64,000 nucleotides of DNA from Lobosporangium transversale. Its lineage: Eukaryota. The position numbers were made by a program, and so were the translations under genes. Under the pieces are notes generated by a model that was given only the letters and a program-made list of their open reading frames with translations, was not told the origin of the DNA and made no database searches. The DNA is taken from NCBI RefSeq assembly GCF_002105155.1, contig NW_019028981.1:310001-374000 (forward strand), read 5' to 3'. Shown here piece by piece: positions 28,845-43,850 of this stretch. Position 1 is the stretch's first letter. Each line of letters begins with the position of its first letter.

Positions 28845-31762
28845 CTGGGGAACAACTGTGCAAATAAAGGAAGCAAAAAAGGCGCTGGGAATGGATTCAG
28901 CTGTGGTTGACAATCGTAGCGCAGTGAATGTGTTGAATAAATGAGTGGGGGTTGAAGGAGTTTGAGAGGAAAATAGGTCGGAAGGGCGGAGAATAAGAGG
29001 CAGAAGAAGGGTGCAAGGAAGAGAAGAGGAAAAGAGGAAGGAAAATGAATTCGGAAAATATAGAGAGGATCGAACTGGTTACTTTCTCCACATGTGTGGG
29101 GGAGGTCACTGATGTCAAGGGAAAAAAAAAAAAAAAAAAAAAAAAAAAAGACAATGGAGCAAAGAGCAAAGAGAGCAAAGAGAAAGAGAAGAAAAGAAAA
29201 AGGGGAAGGATAAAGATGTCGGACGGGATAGAGTGAGGAAAATGATAGAATAGCATAACAAATATAAAACAATAACAATAAACAATAATGCAATTATGGG
29301 CGGTGATATATGCATGTAGAACAAACAAAACAAGGGCCAACAGAGGAGCTTCTTTGCACTTAGGGGGTTTATAACCGTTGCCATGTATGCAGTCTTTATT
29401 GCTTCTAGTAGACTACATGGCTCTATGACTAGTATACAACATTAAGCAAGCACCGAATATATAATACATAAATTAGCACTCGTTCAATTGTCGCAACTTC
29501 ATTTACTTACATTCTAACGGCTCTGTTCCGGGTTCAGTATCCTCTATCTGCATACATAATACAGTTATACATCTTATATATAATATAATATATTTATATT
29601 AGTATTTGTATTTGAACGCCTGAGCGGAACAATGTTTTATATATAAATGTGCATACTTTTATAACCATGTAAACATTCATGGTGCATGCTGTTCAATAGC
29701 CATGGGATATGCGAATGTGGGAGAGGACACAGAATAGAGTTATTCATGTGTTTCCAAGGAGATTTGTTGAGAGTGTATAGAAAAATAAAGGAAAGTATTT
29801 GTTGAGAGCCATGGCCTGACCTCGATTCTCATTCTTCAGTCTAATATTGTTTAACGTGTATGTCTTGCCATGGCGTTCACGTAGAAGTTGAATAACAAAT
29901 CAGCATCAACAACGGCGCACTGCCCCCCTATTCCTTTCTCTTCAAAATATATTTTGCTCTCATCATTAACACGCCTCAAACCATCTTTTTTTTTTTTTCC
30001 TTTTGTGTGTTCTTTACTCCACAAAATCCCGTCAAAACATAAAAAAAAGATAGAGTCTAAAATATCGGTTTTGTGGGCGCAAAATTCGTTGAAAAATGAT
30101 GCCGAATTAAGTTCAGTATTTCGAACTGCGGGGCCTTGGCATCATTAACAAAAAGTTACCAAGCAAAGAGTCCTGCATCTATCTTGCAGAAAACCTTTTT
30201 TTTTTTTTTTTTTTTTTAGACGACAGTGTTCTGTTGTGTGTCATAAAGCAAAAGGTTGCCATTCAATATTCAATACAAACAGGTGGGTGATACACGCTCG
30301 AGTCTGGACAGGTGGTTATTGCAATCCTGTTTGTTTTCTTGCTTCCTTCATTTGTCCATGTGTGCATCTCACTCACACTCATATCTCCCTTGCACTAGGC
30401 ATTTGTACACAAAGAAGAGCATTGATACCATTAGCTCTGAATGTATGAATGATTTATACTCAACAACAAGAAGAAATAAAAGGATGAGTGTTTGTATACT
30501 TTTATACATCATTTTAAATAAACTAATATTACATGCAGCGGAATGGGGGCAATTAATAACATCAAATATAATATGAAAAACAGGAAATGAAAAAGCACAT
30601 GGCAACAGATGACAGGCGATGAAGGAAAAAGGAGAGCAACATTGAATGTTTTATAAAATAGAACCTTACTCAAACGCAAGGGCCAAGGCAGCACTAGCCC
30701 ATGCAATCTCCGCTGATTAAAATCAGACTGCAAACACACTAACACACTAAATGAACAGCAAAAGCAACGGTTGTATATATATAATTGCAACAACACTAGT
30801 ATGATAGTAAAGTTAGTGATTGAAGCATTTATCAACAGTAAGATATGATCCTTGCCATAATATCCAACACATTGCGCTCATCATGAGCTTTTTATCTACG
30901 TCGGCATCATCTATCTGAATAGCTCTTTTTTTTTTATGTAGCCAATGGTATGTTGCATGGAGAAGGCTCAATTAATTCTTCACCTTCGCACGAAGCACCA
31001 AGCAAAGCAGCCTAATCGCAAAAAATTATACCCCGCCCATTTCAGCCCTGGGTAGTTGTATGAATGTGCAGCTGCGCTCAGTCTTTGAATGGGCCGCAAA
31101 CGAATATCGACACCGGTATACAATTTGTTCATGATGTTGTAGACCCAATCCAACCGATAGAAAGAGAGAAGGATAGGAGGGAAAGAAAAAAAGTATGTTC
31201 CCCAACGCTGAAGCACTTTCTTATCTGCCTGGCACATGTCCTTGTTTCCTTTTTTTTTTTTTTTTTTTTTCAGTTGTAGCTCTTTTCTTGTTCGTCACCA
31301 TATCAGCCATATTGTACACGATATCAACGTTCCTTGTTCAGAAGGAAAGAATAAAAAAGGTCACCAGGCACATCAGTGTGTCTTTGCACACACAGACGAC
31401 ACATCAACGCACCAACGCATCATTCCCCTGGAAGACGCGTGCATCCAAGTCAGGAGCAGGAGTAAATTAGAGAGCCTATTTCTTCCTCTCTCTCTTCCGA
31501 AACAGAAACACAACTTTTCTTCTTTTACACATCACACTCTGTGATTGCATACACACACCATCTAATCCAAGTATATACAATTCCCTTTTTCTCTCTATTT
31601 ACATTGCTCGATACACGTACACCTACTTTTTACTTGAAGCATTACAGCACAATACGACTCGACATTCTTGGGCCATTTGATTCTTAGTTTGGCCGTTATA
31701 TACCATTTTATTTTACATTTACTCTCTGCTCTCAACCTCATACCCCCATCATTGTTTTTATA

Positions 31763-33539
31763 ATGGACAACATGTTTAATACCGATTCAGGGTTTCGACC
31801 TCCTTCACCACTTTTTCCTGGAAATAACCAGGGCCTCTTTGGTGAGACATTAGGATATGAAGGTAAAATGATGTTAATTCTCATCTCCTTTAATTATCGT
31901 AAAAAAAAAAGAAGTGGTGGTTCACATACTTAATAATCCTCTCCTTTGTTGCGGTTTTTTGTGATGAAACAAAAAAAAAAAAGATTTTTTCAACATGCCA
32001 ACCTCTGAGGGACTGAATTCACAGCCGAATTTAACCGGACAAGCAGTTCCAGTATCTAGTACACCAACCGGGTCTTCATCGTCATCATCAGCACCACCTA
32101 TGATGAATATGATGATGATGCCACCGTTAACTGGGCCCCCTGAGACTATTATACCTCTGTTCCATCCATCGGAACAAAAGTACTTTTCAGAGTTCTTGGA
32201 CACACTCGTTGTCGATCAGGACTTCACGTTTGACCCAAGTGCAATACCCAACTTGCCCAATCTACCGCTTTTTCCACAGGATCCTGCTCCAGGTATAGGA
32301 CAGGAGCCAGGTGTTGGAGCAGGAAATGGATCTGGACCTGGAGCAAACTGTGGAATGGGCGGATTCGGTGGTTTAGACGGCAATTCCTACGGTATTGCCA
32401 CATCATCATCAATACCAGGTGCACCACAGCCCCCAGAATTACGACATTCTGTTGGAACATCAATGGATTTTGATGTTTCTTATAGTATGAACGGAGGACA
32501 AGACCCTATCTCAGTGCCTGCCAAGAGAACCAAGACCAACAAGCTTGACACATCTACATCTCCAACCCGAAAGGGAACTCCTGCAAATGATACTGCCTCT
32601 CTTAGCAAGATTTCCACACCCATGTCCAAGCTCTCGCTTGAAAACACTAACGGTCATAGAAATGGATCTTCAAGGACCAAAAAGAATAAGCGCGAGCAAC
32701 AAGTTGATTACGATGAAGAGGAGAAGAATACCATGATGGGAGACCATGTACAATCTGGACCGAATCGGCAGGGTCGGCAGCATTTATCGGTTTCTTCTAC
32801 AACCTTAGGCGCTACACAGTCTCAGGCAAGATCACAGGATAGTGCTTATGAACGAAAGGGTTCTGTATCTGATGATGGTGCTTCTGATTCAGCTAATGGT
32901 AATACAGAGGCTAGCAATAAAAGTAACTCAAAAATGACCACAGATTCCACTAAAGCATCTCCAACGACAGCCACTACTTCAGCAGCACCAACTACAAAGC
33001 GCAAGCCTTATAAGGAGCTCTTGACAGAAGAAGAAAAGAGAGCCAATCATATTGCTTCAGAACAAAAGCGTCGCAACACAATCCGGAACGGATTCAAAGA
33101 TATGACCGAGATCATTCCAGATTTGAAGGATGTAAACAGCTCAAAATCCACCATTCTATTCAAGGCTGTGGATTTCATCAAACATCTAGAGCGGAGAAAC
33201 AGGAACTTGCAAGAAAAGGCGAACTTACTTGAGGCAAGATTGCATTCACAGAAAAGTGCAGGCATGGGCAGTCTAAGTCTGCAGCAGCAACAATTACAGC
33301 CGCAACAGCAGCAGCCGCCATTATCACAGACACATCACCATCATCACCAGCAGCAACAATTTTCTCATCTTACTCACCCTCATTCACAGCATCATCTTCA
33401 ACAGCAGAGCTACCAACAGCAGATGGATCATCATGCTCATCAACAGCAATCACAGCATGGGCATCAACATCAATCATACCTTGGTTCTGAGCGGCTACAA
33501 GAAATCCCGAATATTTATCCTGTCGCTATCAGCCGGTAG
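31763..33539 (+). CDS. bHLH-zip transcription factor (INO4/Mlx-like) with Q/H-rich tail
   Basis: LLTEEEKRANHIASEQKRR..SKSTILFKAVDFI; short exon 31763-31862 splices in frame to 31985. Confidence 0.88.
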
Positions 33540-33868
33540 AAAACCTAGAAAATCTTTCATCTTGTAATCCAGAATACCCCCCCATCAATAATGATAGTAT
33601 AAAGAAGAAAATTAAAGACTGAGCAAATAAAAGAAAAAAAAGAAAAAAAAGAAAAAGAAAAAGAAAAAGAAAAAGAATCATGATAGGTTCATTAGATAGT
33701 TTGTCCTGAATGTGAAATTAGATAATATGACTTAAGTGTATGAAATGGGGAAGATAGTATTTACAAAGGGAATGGGTAGTGCTGTCATTAAATAAAAGAT
33801 AAAATAAAAGAAGAAAGAAGGAACTGCTATCAAGAAATTATTCCTGTACTCTTTGATATTCAAACATG

Positions 33869-36489
33869 TTAGACACGGCTCCTCCGACGAGACCAATCCC
33901 CGGACCTTCCCGATGACATAGGCCTATCCGATGGTCCTCCATTTCTGATGTCACCACCCCCACCACCATGGTTGAATCCCGCAGTCCGACCTCCTGGGAT
34001 CATGCCTCTAGGATGTGGCATTGACATCATACTTCTGTTGAAAGGTGTCGAGCGGCCAGAAGGTGGGGCAAGCTTAGAGAATGGCATCCCATCGCCACTG
34101 CCTCCATGATAACTACTGCGACCACCATTACTACTGCCAGGACCGTTGTTGCCACCGCTGCCACCACTACTGAATCCAATTCTTGTAGGAGGAGGCTGAT
34201 AACCGAGAGGCCCATTGTGCCGATAGGGACCGCCTCCGCTACTGGCCATAGACGAAAATAGACTCCCACCACTACCTTTTCCTCTATAATATCCATCATC
34301 ACCATGATATCCATCTCCCCCAATTCCTCGTGGGCCTGATGAAGATGACGAAGGCAGGTGATGATGGTGTCTGGTGTGAGGTTTCTCTGGTAGATTACTA
34401 TACCCATTGCTACCGCCACTGTTGCCATTGCTAAAATTCCGACTGTGCGATCCTATGTAATCCGCCCGCGGATATTTATTGGATGAAGATACGGAGTCTT
34501 GATAAAACCCAGAGAGTCCGTAAGAACCTGCACCTAATCTGCCTCCTCCTCCACGACTTGCTGTCGACACCTCAGAAATAGAAGGAGAATTACTACGATG
34601 TCTCTTCCCTTTGTGTACAAAAGACGAACTGGAAGATGTTGATGAGGCTGATGGTGGCTGCTGGTGGGAATGATGAAGTGAGAAGGCAGCATTGGTCAGT
34701 GTTGGCGTTGAGACCGTTGAATTTGACGATGTAGACGAGAGACTAGGTTTTCTTGGGATTTCGAGGTTGAGTTTTGAACGATCAATCACACGCTCATGCT
34801 CTCGTCTTTACAAAGATAAAGGGAAAAAAGAGTTAGAAATGGGATAAGCTTGATATTTATGGCCCATCTAGCACTGGTATCCTCTCGTACCTTTTGTAAT
34901 TAGGCCGCGGTGACTCCACCTTCTTGTCATGATGCTCTTGATCCGAGGATTTTCGGGAGTCTCCGTGTCTCTTCGTCTCATGTTCAGTCTTAGTATCTAC
35001 AGTAGAAGCAGTGCCACCATTCGCTTCTTTGGACCGCTTTACTCCCGTGACTGATCTTGCACCCTCTATTACTGTTGGAAGTGGCGCGGATACAGATATT
35101 GCTGTTGTTATTGTTGCCTCTTCTGGAACAAGTGGAGCTAAAGATATCGGAGGTGATGATAGTCCTAAGTTCTTATCGTCCTTTTTTTGCAAAGCGATTC
35201 TAAACATCGAAAATAGGCGACTCTTTTCCTTCTTCAAATCTTCGAGCTTTGACAAAATGTCCTGTTCTACACTGTCCAGCTCATTATCTTTACTATCCTT
35301 ATTTGCTGGCAAGACTGAAGAACAAGAAATGGCATCATCTTTGGCCTCTAATAATGATGTGGTTTCTATTAGGGTTGTCAACGTATTTGCTTCCGCATTA
35401 TCAATACACATAGCCTCTGGTGGGCTTGTGTCTGCAGCATCAGTGCCTGGACTGGTGCTTGTCATCGTATCGGATAGAGTGTTATCTGTAGACAGCTTGC
35501 TTGTCCTTTGTTTATCTCCATTTTTCAGCATTGTGTTCGGTAATATTTCGGGCAAGAGTTCGGGCAAGATCTCGGAGATAGTACTGATGAATGAGCCCGA
35601 AGGCGATGAACTTGTAGCCTGTAAATAATCGCTCTTCCATCGACCTTTAACATTCATACGTCCTCCAATTAGTCCTGGACTACCAGTTTCTGCAGATGTA
35701 GCACGCTGGTGTTCATGGTCTTTATGTTGAATATGGTAGTGGTGATGATGGTGATGATGTTGGTGTTGTTGATCCTTTTTCGTGGGCTTTCCTTCTCCTA
35801 TCAGAGGGGATAATATTTGAAGTTTTTGATAGGAATAAAATAACAGATTTATCAGCAAACAAGTCAAGATGGTGGGCGTACACAAAGGGTTGTGTAAACA
35901 AAGACGCAGAATGCATAAATGCTTCAGAATTGCTATCCAATCATTCCCTCTCTACCATTCTTCGTCTTCATCTCCTATCTTTTTAACATGGTGTTGAGTC
36001 TGCTTTCATTTTATGTTCCATTCCGATAAAACTTTGCTAAGGTCGAAGAGTAGGTGTTCAAGGACTCATCTTTTGTTTGTTGGACATATTATATCAATAA
36101 TTGATATGAAAATTCATCAATCTCATTACCAACCACACAACAGCTGATTGTAAACAATCATTTCTTTGTCAAAGATGAGACGAGAGCCAATAGCACAGAG
36201 ACAGACGCTATTTTGAATGCGCGGCAACTCCATGAAAAACAAACTTTCATTTTTGTCTTGTTGAGCAACTCCCCTAACGCCAACGACCCGCTTAGAAGAA
36301 ACAGACACTTTTACTTTTTTTTTTTTTACCTTTCCTTGCTATCATAATTGAGTTGCTCAAGAATGATTCATCTTCTTCTGTCGAGGCTTCTTCTTCCTCC
36401 AACTCACGTTGGTGGACAATTCTCTTCGCTAAAGCACGACGAATAACAGCATTCCGTTCTGGATCCACCTGTATTTCAAAAACTGTCAT
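33869..36489 (-). CDS. Three-exon low-complexity protein with coiled coil, possibly GPS2-like
   Basis: ORFs 36292..36489, 34857..35885 and 33869..34789 splice in frame (..ARK|GEGKPT.., ..YKR|REHERVID..); motifs RRALAKRIVHQRELEEEE and LSKLEDLKKEKSRLFSMFRIAL. Confidence 0.65.
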
Positions 36490-36914
36490 TCAGCTGATTG
36501 AATGAGTAAATCGGCAAATTAAAAACTTTTAGGTCGACAATCGAGAGGGTATAGAGGGAAAAAAGATGTTGTTGATAAAGGGAATAATGCGCTTTTATCG
36601 TCCTCAAAGATCGCAGCCCACAAACGCTTTTTTGTTGGTTTTTTTTTTTTTTGAGTTCTAATGAAGGATTACAAGAAATAAATTGCCGAGAACAATTATT
36701 AAATAATCTGGTGACAATTACAAGTTGAGGAGGTAGGGCGTTAGAGAGATGCAAGTAAAAAAAAAAAAAAGAAAGAAAGAAAGAAAGGAAGAAAGAAAGA
36801 AAGAGAGAATGGGAAACATTGAGTGAGTGTTCGAATCAAATGGCGACGACCCACCCAACGGTGCCAGTTCGATGCGTCCAGTTAAAAGATATTGGCTCAT
36901 AGATTTGCCCGAGT

Positions 36915-36946
<32 letters not shown>

Positions 36947-37018
36947 GTGACCATCCGATGATCAGATAATGAATTAACAAGCACCTTTTACTTTTTACTT
37001 TTTAAAATGAAGTTCAAA

Positions 37019-39818
37019 CTATGTGCGCATGGGTTTCCTGTAGATACCGAAATGTTCATTATTATGGTGTAAGGTTGGTGTATAATCTGTCGATGCGTTC
37101 CATCTTTGAGCAGCAGTTGCCTGCGCAGCATGCCCACCATAATCCACGGCGGTAATGGGGGCACCAGTATTCGGCCTTGGTGAGGACATGGAGCTCTGTG
37201 ATGATCGATTAGGATACTGTTGATCCTGTTGGTGCTGATGATGAGGATGCTGATACTGGGGTGCATAATCCGATGTGCTGGGCTGTTCTAAAGATGGTCG
37301 CGGGAGCTTTAAAAAAGTAATCAATCGAAATTAGTTCTACAAAGTTCATTATAAAAAGAATCAAATAGAAACAAAGCTGTAAAGACACTTACACCCATGG
37401 AATCAAAATCCTCGTCTAACTCTGTACTAGAAATTGCTCGAAGTTTGGTACTACAAGGGAATCCAATATGCTCATTTATAGCCCATAGTTCATACACCTC
37501 GGCTCGTCGTTGTTTCCGCGAGCGAAGTAAGGAAACTTTATCTGCATAGACTAAGGAGGACAATGTGCCAAAAAAAAGCGGACATGATGGTGTTAAAAAG
37601 TCAATACACACATCAAGATTGTAAAAAAAGTGGATCAATTAAATGTAGATCTTACGTTTTCGTCTACGGCTTTCGGAAGAGAAATCGAGATCTAACTGCA
37701 CTTTCCGCATTTTCCTGCCTGTCTCTGTAGCTATATCGTTGCGCAACTCTCGCTTTTTGGACTAAACATGTGTATTGAGATCCGATGACGGGGCAGATAG
37801 ACTTTGTGAGTATAAGGAGTTATCGTTAATCGCTTTATATGCTGTGAAGGATGAGTCATACTCTCTACCTGGTACGTGCAGTGTGCTTGGTATTCTTTGA
37901 TCTCAAACTCGCATTGTGCAATTTCACCCATGTGGGTTCTCCATGCTTTGGCTATCCGAAGCCTCTGCTCTCGTTTTTCTTCAATTTCCTTCATTTTTCT
38001 CGACAATTCCGGATGTGTCCCTAAGGAAGAAATCCATTTAGTCGCAAGTAGGCATTTGGACATCGGTCTGTAATGCACGAAACCCTTTCATGCGTCTTAC
38101 CATCATTGATCATCTCTGTTTCTTTCTCGAGCTCCAGCATCCTTTCATCGTACATTCTATTACCCCATTCAAGCAGCATGAGATGATGTATAGGTATATT
38201 GCAATCACCGACTTTTCTTTAGTTTAAAAAAAAGGTGTTATAGCTTACTTGTCACGTAAAGTCGCAAACTCAACTTCTATTGTCGTTAGCGCTTCTAATG
38301 CATCCATGTGTCGCTGCCTCTTTTCAAGGTCTATAGATGGGACATAGGCGCGATATTCATTAGTAATGGTTCTCATAACAACTGATAAACGGAGCCTTGG
38401 ATACCCTTTTTTTTTTTTTTTTTTTTTTTATAAAAAAAAAAAAAAAAAAAGCGCTTCATACCTTCCTCCTCTGCATCGTCGTCTCCTTCAACTTTCTCTT
38501 CTTCAGCCTCCTCCTCTTCAAGTGCTTCAGATCCTGACTCCTTGTCCGAGTGTTGGTTGTTTGTTTCAACATCAGTAGCTTCTTTCAATTTCCCTTCTTG
38601 CTCTTTTAATTCCATGCTCTGCTCACGGAAAGATCTCTTGCGCCCCACGAGGGATGGTCGACTGTTGGTTACAGTATTAGTAGTTGTCGCTGAAGATGAA
38701 TTTGCGCCGCTTGTCTTTGACTTATTTCCACTGCTTGTGCTGTGTTTATCAGTTTCATCTTCATCTGAGTCATCCGTATCGTCAAATTCGGACAGATCTG
38801 AAAGCTCATCCCCACTATCCTTCAGTTCTTCCTCCATCAGCTGTGCTGGGCGGTTTAATGTAGGTTTTTGAGTGTAAGAAGCCGGCTCTTTACTTTCTGG
38901 CTTGGACGGCTGCCTTGGCTCCTCATGATCATCCTTATTTTCAGCTTCATCATCTCCCTCTTCCTCTTCTTCTACATCTCCTTCTTCCTCATCGTCCATA
39001 TGGGATTCTTCTTCATCTTCCGTATGAGCCAGGGGTGTCACGCTTTCTTCGCCCCTTTCCTGTTCTCCCTCTTCTGCTCCTTCGTCTGCTTCTTCTACTT
39101 CCTCCTCTACTCCCTCCTCTACTTCTTCCTCTCCCTCTCCTTCTTCTTCTTCGGCCATGACAACATCACCATCATCATCATGATCCTCTGACTGCTGAGT
39201 TGAGGCATCATCTATTGTATCAACTTGTTCTTCTTGGGCATCAGCGGCATCTTCTTTTTCATCGACAATTTCACCTTCCTCTTCCTCTTCCCCTTCCCTT
39301 CCATTTTCATTATCCTCCTCTTCATCGATCGCGCCCTCTTCTGCATCTTCTAGGGCTTCAGTTGCCTTAGATTCTTTATTCAGATCCTCATCCTCGTTTT
39401 TGTCATCTAATGCCTTTTGTCGACTTCTTTTTAATTCTTTTCCGTTTAGTGTCTCTTGAGAAGCATTAGGCCTTATTGCTGAAATTTGGCGTTGATTATT
39501 ATTTTTCTTTATATTGCTCGCTGTATTTGCATTTTGTTTCTCATAACTCGAAGGTTCTCTCATTTCCATGTCACTTTCTCCCTCTTCCAACTCTCCTTCC
39601 TCCCCTTCCTCCTCCGTTCTTGAAGCAATAGTTGAGCCCTCGTCTGATGCATTTTTCGGATTCTCTAAAGAGCTCGATAGAGATGTTCCTGAATCATTTG
39701 GAATTAAAATAGACGATTTCTCTTTCATGACGATGGCGTTGTTAATGCCGTTACTGCTTTTGGTATCTGTAAGTGAAGATGGCTGTTTCCGTGATCGCTG
39801 CGATGGCGCTTCCAACAT
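37019..39818 (-). CDS. Sds3-like (Dep1/Sds3/BRMS1) Rpd3L/Sin3 HDAC complex subunit with long acidic N-terminus
   Basis: Spliced exons give RHMDALEALTTIEVEFATLRDK..MYDERMLELEKETEMINDGTHPEL (Sds3 domain pattern); very E/D-rich exon 38373..39860; start uncertain. Confidence 0.82.
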
Positions 39819-41075
39819 ACTTTTGTTATTGTCACCTTGTCCCAATTTTATCTGCACCAATATTAAGTTGCTGTGCAGTAAATTTTTAATTGTTGGCTAA
39901 TAGTATTATGAAAAATGAACTGAATTGTATGACGATGTTAGAATCATCAAAAGGATTCTGCGGGGATATCCTATTATTCAGTAGTACTTTTGAGACAACA
40001 GTGAAACTAAAGACGCGTTCACATTACATTGTTTCTGTTTATGGACAAACTTGGAAGCGTTGTCCTGTTCTATGATGTCTTCTTTGTTCTGCCAAAGCTT
40101 ATTCTACTCTATTCTACCTGTTATCCCTTTCCTTGTGTCTTCGAGGGGTGGTAATGGCGTATGGTGGTGTATGGTAGCGTAATGAAGAGCTGAACTTTAT
40201 TTGAGAGGCCCGAATTGAAGAACAAAAGGCAAAGAGCTCCCGAGAGTGTCAACTGCGAGTGAATTGCCAGGGTTGATGGTGAAGTTGCCTTGTAAACAGT
40301 TTGTTATGTCTTCCACTTGTGTTTCAATTATAAGGGGGTCAGGTCAATTTTTCATGCTGCGTTCAGTATGTGCTCAGGTTAAGATGTACGATGATTGAAT
40401 GTTGATAAAATGGATGATAAAATGTCCAGACCGAAAGGTGCTTGAGAAAAAAAAAAAAAAAAAAAAAAAAGGAATGGATGGAAGAATTTTAAAGGAGTTT
40501 TTCTGTATTGGAGCTTTAACTAAATTGACCCTATGAGCCCCATGCCGGTCTGATGAGCACGTGATACCTATCAATGCAGGTTTTTTTTTATTGCTTCTTA
40601 CTATCTTCTCTACAGAAAACAAACCACAAACGAACCAGACTACGTAAAAGCCGGTCGACCCGGTGACTATTGCTAATACCAATAACTACGATAGAAAAAT
40701 AGGAGTTTGGAGAGACGGAGACATGTACAATGTGAAGGAGCACGCTGTGCAGGGAAGAGACTGATGGATAAGATGGGAGAATAGGGGGAATAGGGGGATA
40801 CAGCAGAATGTAACTTATCCTTGCTAAATAGTCTAATAAACGCATTGAAGTTATAGCCTATTTTTATAAAATAAAATAAAGAGTAGAATAATATATTTAG
40901 GACGCGTGTCCACAAATCAGCTAAAAGTTGTTTGTCGGTGATCATTTTGACTTACTCGCTATGAAGTGAAATAGATCGATAGTTGATCGATGGAAAAAAT
41001 GTAGAAAGATAAAATTGAGGTTAGTATCGTGCTGGTGGATAATGTGACGCAAAGTTGTCAGTGCTGATAGAATCA

Positions 41076-43850
41076 TTATTGCTCATACGTAAAGATAAAC
41101 AAGTTGTTTGTCGCAGCCACAGCGATCGAGTTCTCGTTCGGATGCCAAGAAGCATGCAAGATCTTCTTAGTGAAATCAATCGTCTCAACATTGATGTCTT
41201 CCTTCTTGCCGTTCCTGTTGTTGACTCGGGGCATCATCTTATTCTTGGCGGAGCCCACACGCTTGGCTTTAAAGGCACTCTTGTCAGCTTGGAGCGTCAC
41301 ATCGCTTTTGCCGTTGCGATCATAAATATAAAAGTTATTATTGTATGATCCTGTCAAGACGTGGCTACAAGGCAAGATAGAAGTACAAATGGAAGCTAAT
41401 TAGTCTCGACAATGCTGTCGCATGTTTTGCATGTTACTTCTCCAGTGATAGAGCAGACCTAGAAGCACGACACAACATACTTTCCATCTCCACTAAAGTT
41501 GCATTCAAACTTGTCAAAGATGCAATCGTTTTCATATAGATCGCACAATTTGTTGCGGAGATGGTCATGGATATTGATGGTTTGTACAGGTCGATTCTCC
41601 ATGTTGATATCCCAGACCTTCAATGTTAAATAGTCGCGCGAGAGGATATATCGTCCGTCTTTGCTGAATTTAACATCTGAAATCGATGAGATGATCTCTG
41701 AAAAAAATGACTTGTTCGAAGGATCCTCTTCTTCCTCGAACACTTTTGTAATTGGCAATAAGAGGGAAAACATTAGCAATAGACACTTTTAACATTACTA
41801 TTCCGGATCTGAGATATTACGGGTATCGGCCTTTCATAATTAACTCACACTTGGCATGCTGATCACATAGAGCAGATTCTCTCATGTCACTAAGTTTGAT
41901 GGTGCCTTTGCTACTACTATACATGAAGAGGTTGCAATGAACAGGATGGAATTCTGCTGCTGTAATGACCTCTGTCAGTTCCTCCATATTTACAGGCTTG
42001 ATGTCCACAATGTCTATGCCAATGAGCGAGATTGCTGATTAGGTATTTCAATGCTTAAAAAGCAGATTTGTTTTCTTTCAACTTGTATTGTAGCCATTTC
42101 GGCACCTACTGAAGCTTTGATCACTAATACTGAGATTCCAAAGGTTAATGCGCAAGTCGTCTGCAGAGATATAGGTTTCACCGTCCGAGTTGATGGAAAT
42201 CGAGTTAATGTGATAGGCATGGGCATTGGCGTATACTTTTCGTGGTACGGCTGCCACAATGGTATCGTGGTGAGTCAACTTGGGAAGCCTAAGGGGAGTG
42301 CCTGGAACAGGTACATGCTGACCATTACCGTGATTATTCTCGGCTACGATTTTGATGGATTTTTCAAAAACTTTCCAGAGCTTGACCGTTTTGTCTATTC
42401 TCAGTTAAACAGTATCGTGACTGATGCTTAGTTGCTGCATAAACTAAATAGACATTGAGCTATTGGTGGATCAACAAGTCCATACCGTTGGTTGAAAGCA
42501 AAAAGTGGGCAGAGTTCTGACGCTTGCACCATTTGATCTTGTTGATCTTCTCTTCGATTTCCAAGCTTTTGAGGTAATCAAACTCTGGTTCATGGGACTG
42601 AAACTCGGTATGAAACTTATATTCGCATCCTTTTTTCTACAGTAAGATTTCAAAAATACGGAATCCATATCAGTCTCGTGCTGTGTCCAGTTCTGTGAAA
42701 GCACCTCACATGTTGACATGATACATACACTTTCATTTCGTTCAAACAAAACTACACGTCCACCCTTGTCACCGGTGGCAAGATAGTCTCCAGTATGGTC
42801 AAACTCGACGGTTGAAATGATATCAGCTAAATGAATGAGACATAAGGCAGGAAGTTAGTATTGACATGACTAAAACCATGATCATAGGCCTTCTGAGGTA
42901 CACTAAGCGCATCCAATAATATTATCGTCTATATTATTATTATTATTATTATTATTATTGATGCAGGTTTTCAGCCAGTTCAATTCTTCGATGTATAGCT
43001 GACGTGCTCTCTGCTGTACTCTTCATTGCTTATCATCATTATTGGATCATAGACGAACGGGAATGCTTGGCTGCAAGCCATGCTCAAAAAGTGATCATGC
43101 CGAGACTCCAAGCGTCTGGTTCCAAATAGTACATTACATATTAGTTATTACTTTATGCACCCTAGACCCCTTTCAAACGTGGGTGAGAAGAGGAATGACT
43201 GTGCAGTTGAGTTTACAACACAGAAAGCGAGTTCGAGGCCACGCACACAGCGCACTGATACCAACAATGGTACAGTTTTCCCACAATCGCAAATACAGTC
43301 GATGCGAAAGGATGGAAACTGTAAAGAAGTTGTCCAGATGATTTTGTAAAGAAAGCTATGCTCTTCTGATCAAAGACGTGATTCAATGGAGTGACCCTGT
43401 GCTCATTCACGTTGTCCAGCTGAGCAAACACTTGTTTCAGTATCACTTTTTTTTTTTTTTTTGCAAGTTTGTCAGCTGTGGTGTTTGACAGGATCTGATG
43501 AGCAGAATCTTCCTCATAATTATTATTCCGTAATGGAGAAAAAGGCTATTGAGCCTTTTTGTTCTCAAGATGGTTACCATCTGCAAGTGTGTGTTTGCGC
43601 TTTTTTTTTTTTTTTTCTATGGCAAGAAAAAAGCAAATCAAATGATCCATCTCATCCGTCTACTTCCATAAAAACATACTGCTCTCGTTTCATGACTAAA
43701 TAGGGCGTTGGAGCAGTTTACGCAGTGGCCGCAATAGAGGAAGAAGGAGTAAGATGGTATGGTCACCATACCTTCGGTAATATCTTCGACCTCGCCTTTG
43801 TCCCCGAAGCACTGTGCAAACTTCCACGAGTTTTCGCCCTCTGTAGTCAT
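41076..43850 (-). CDS. CDC55: Protein phosphatase 2A regulatory subunit B55
   Basis: [76 protein letters not shown]; multi-exon with a long (~0.94 kb) first intron. Confidence 0.96.

Noticed and set aside
28679..31544. Many Phe/Lys-rich ORFs in the bZIP-bHLH divergent intergenic and elsewhere
   Set aside because: Products of poly(T)/poly(A) tracts and shadow frames.
42971..43039. Possible box C/D snoRNA in CDC55 intron 1 (minus-strand ATGATGA..CTGA, 69 nt)
   Set aside because: No terminal stem and no rRNA-complementary guide I can recognise; would need snoscan or Infernal.
43495..43545. CTGATGAG..GAAA hammerhead-like core (similar CTGATGAG near 40550)
   Set aside because: Could not form stems I-III around the core.
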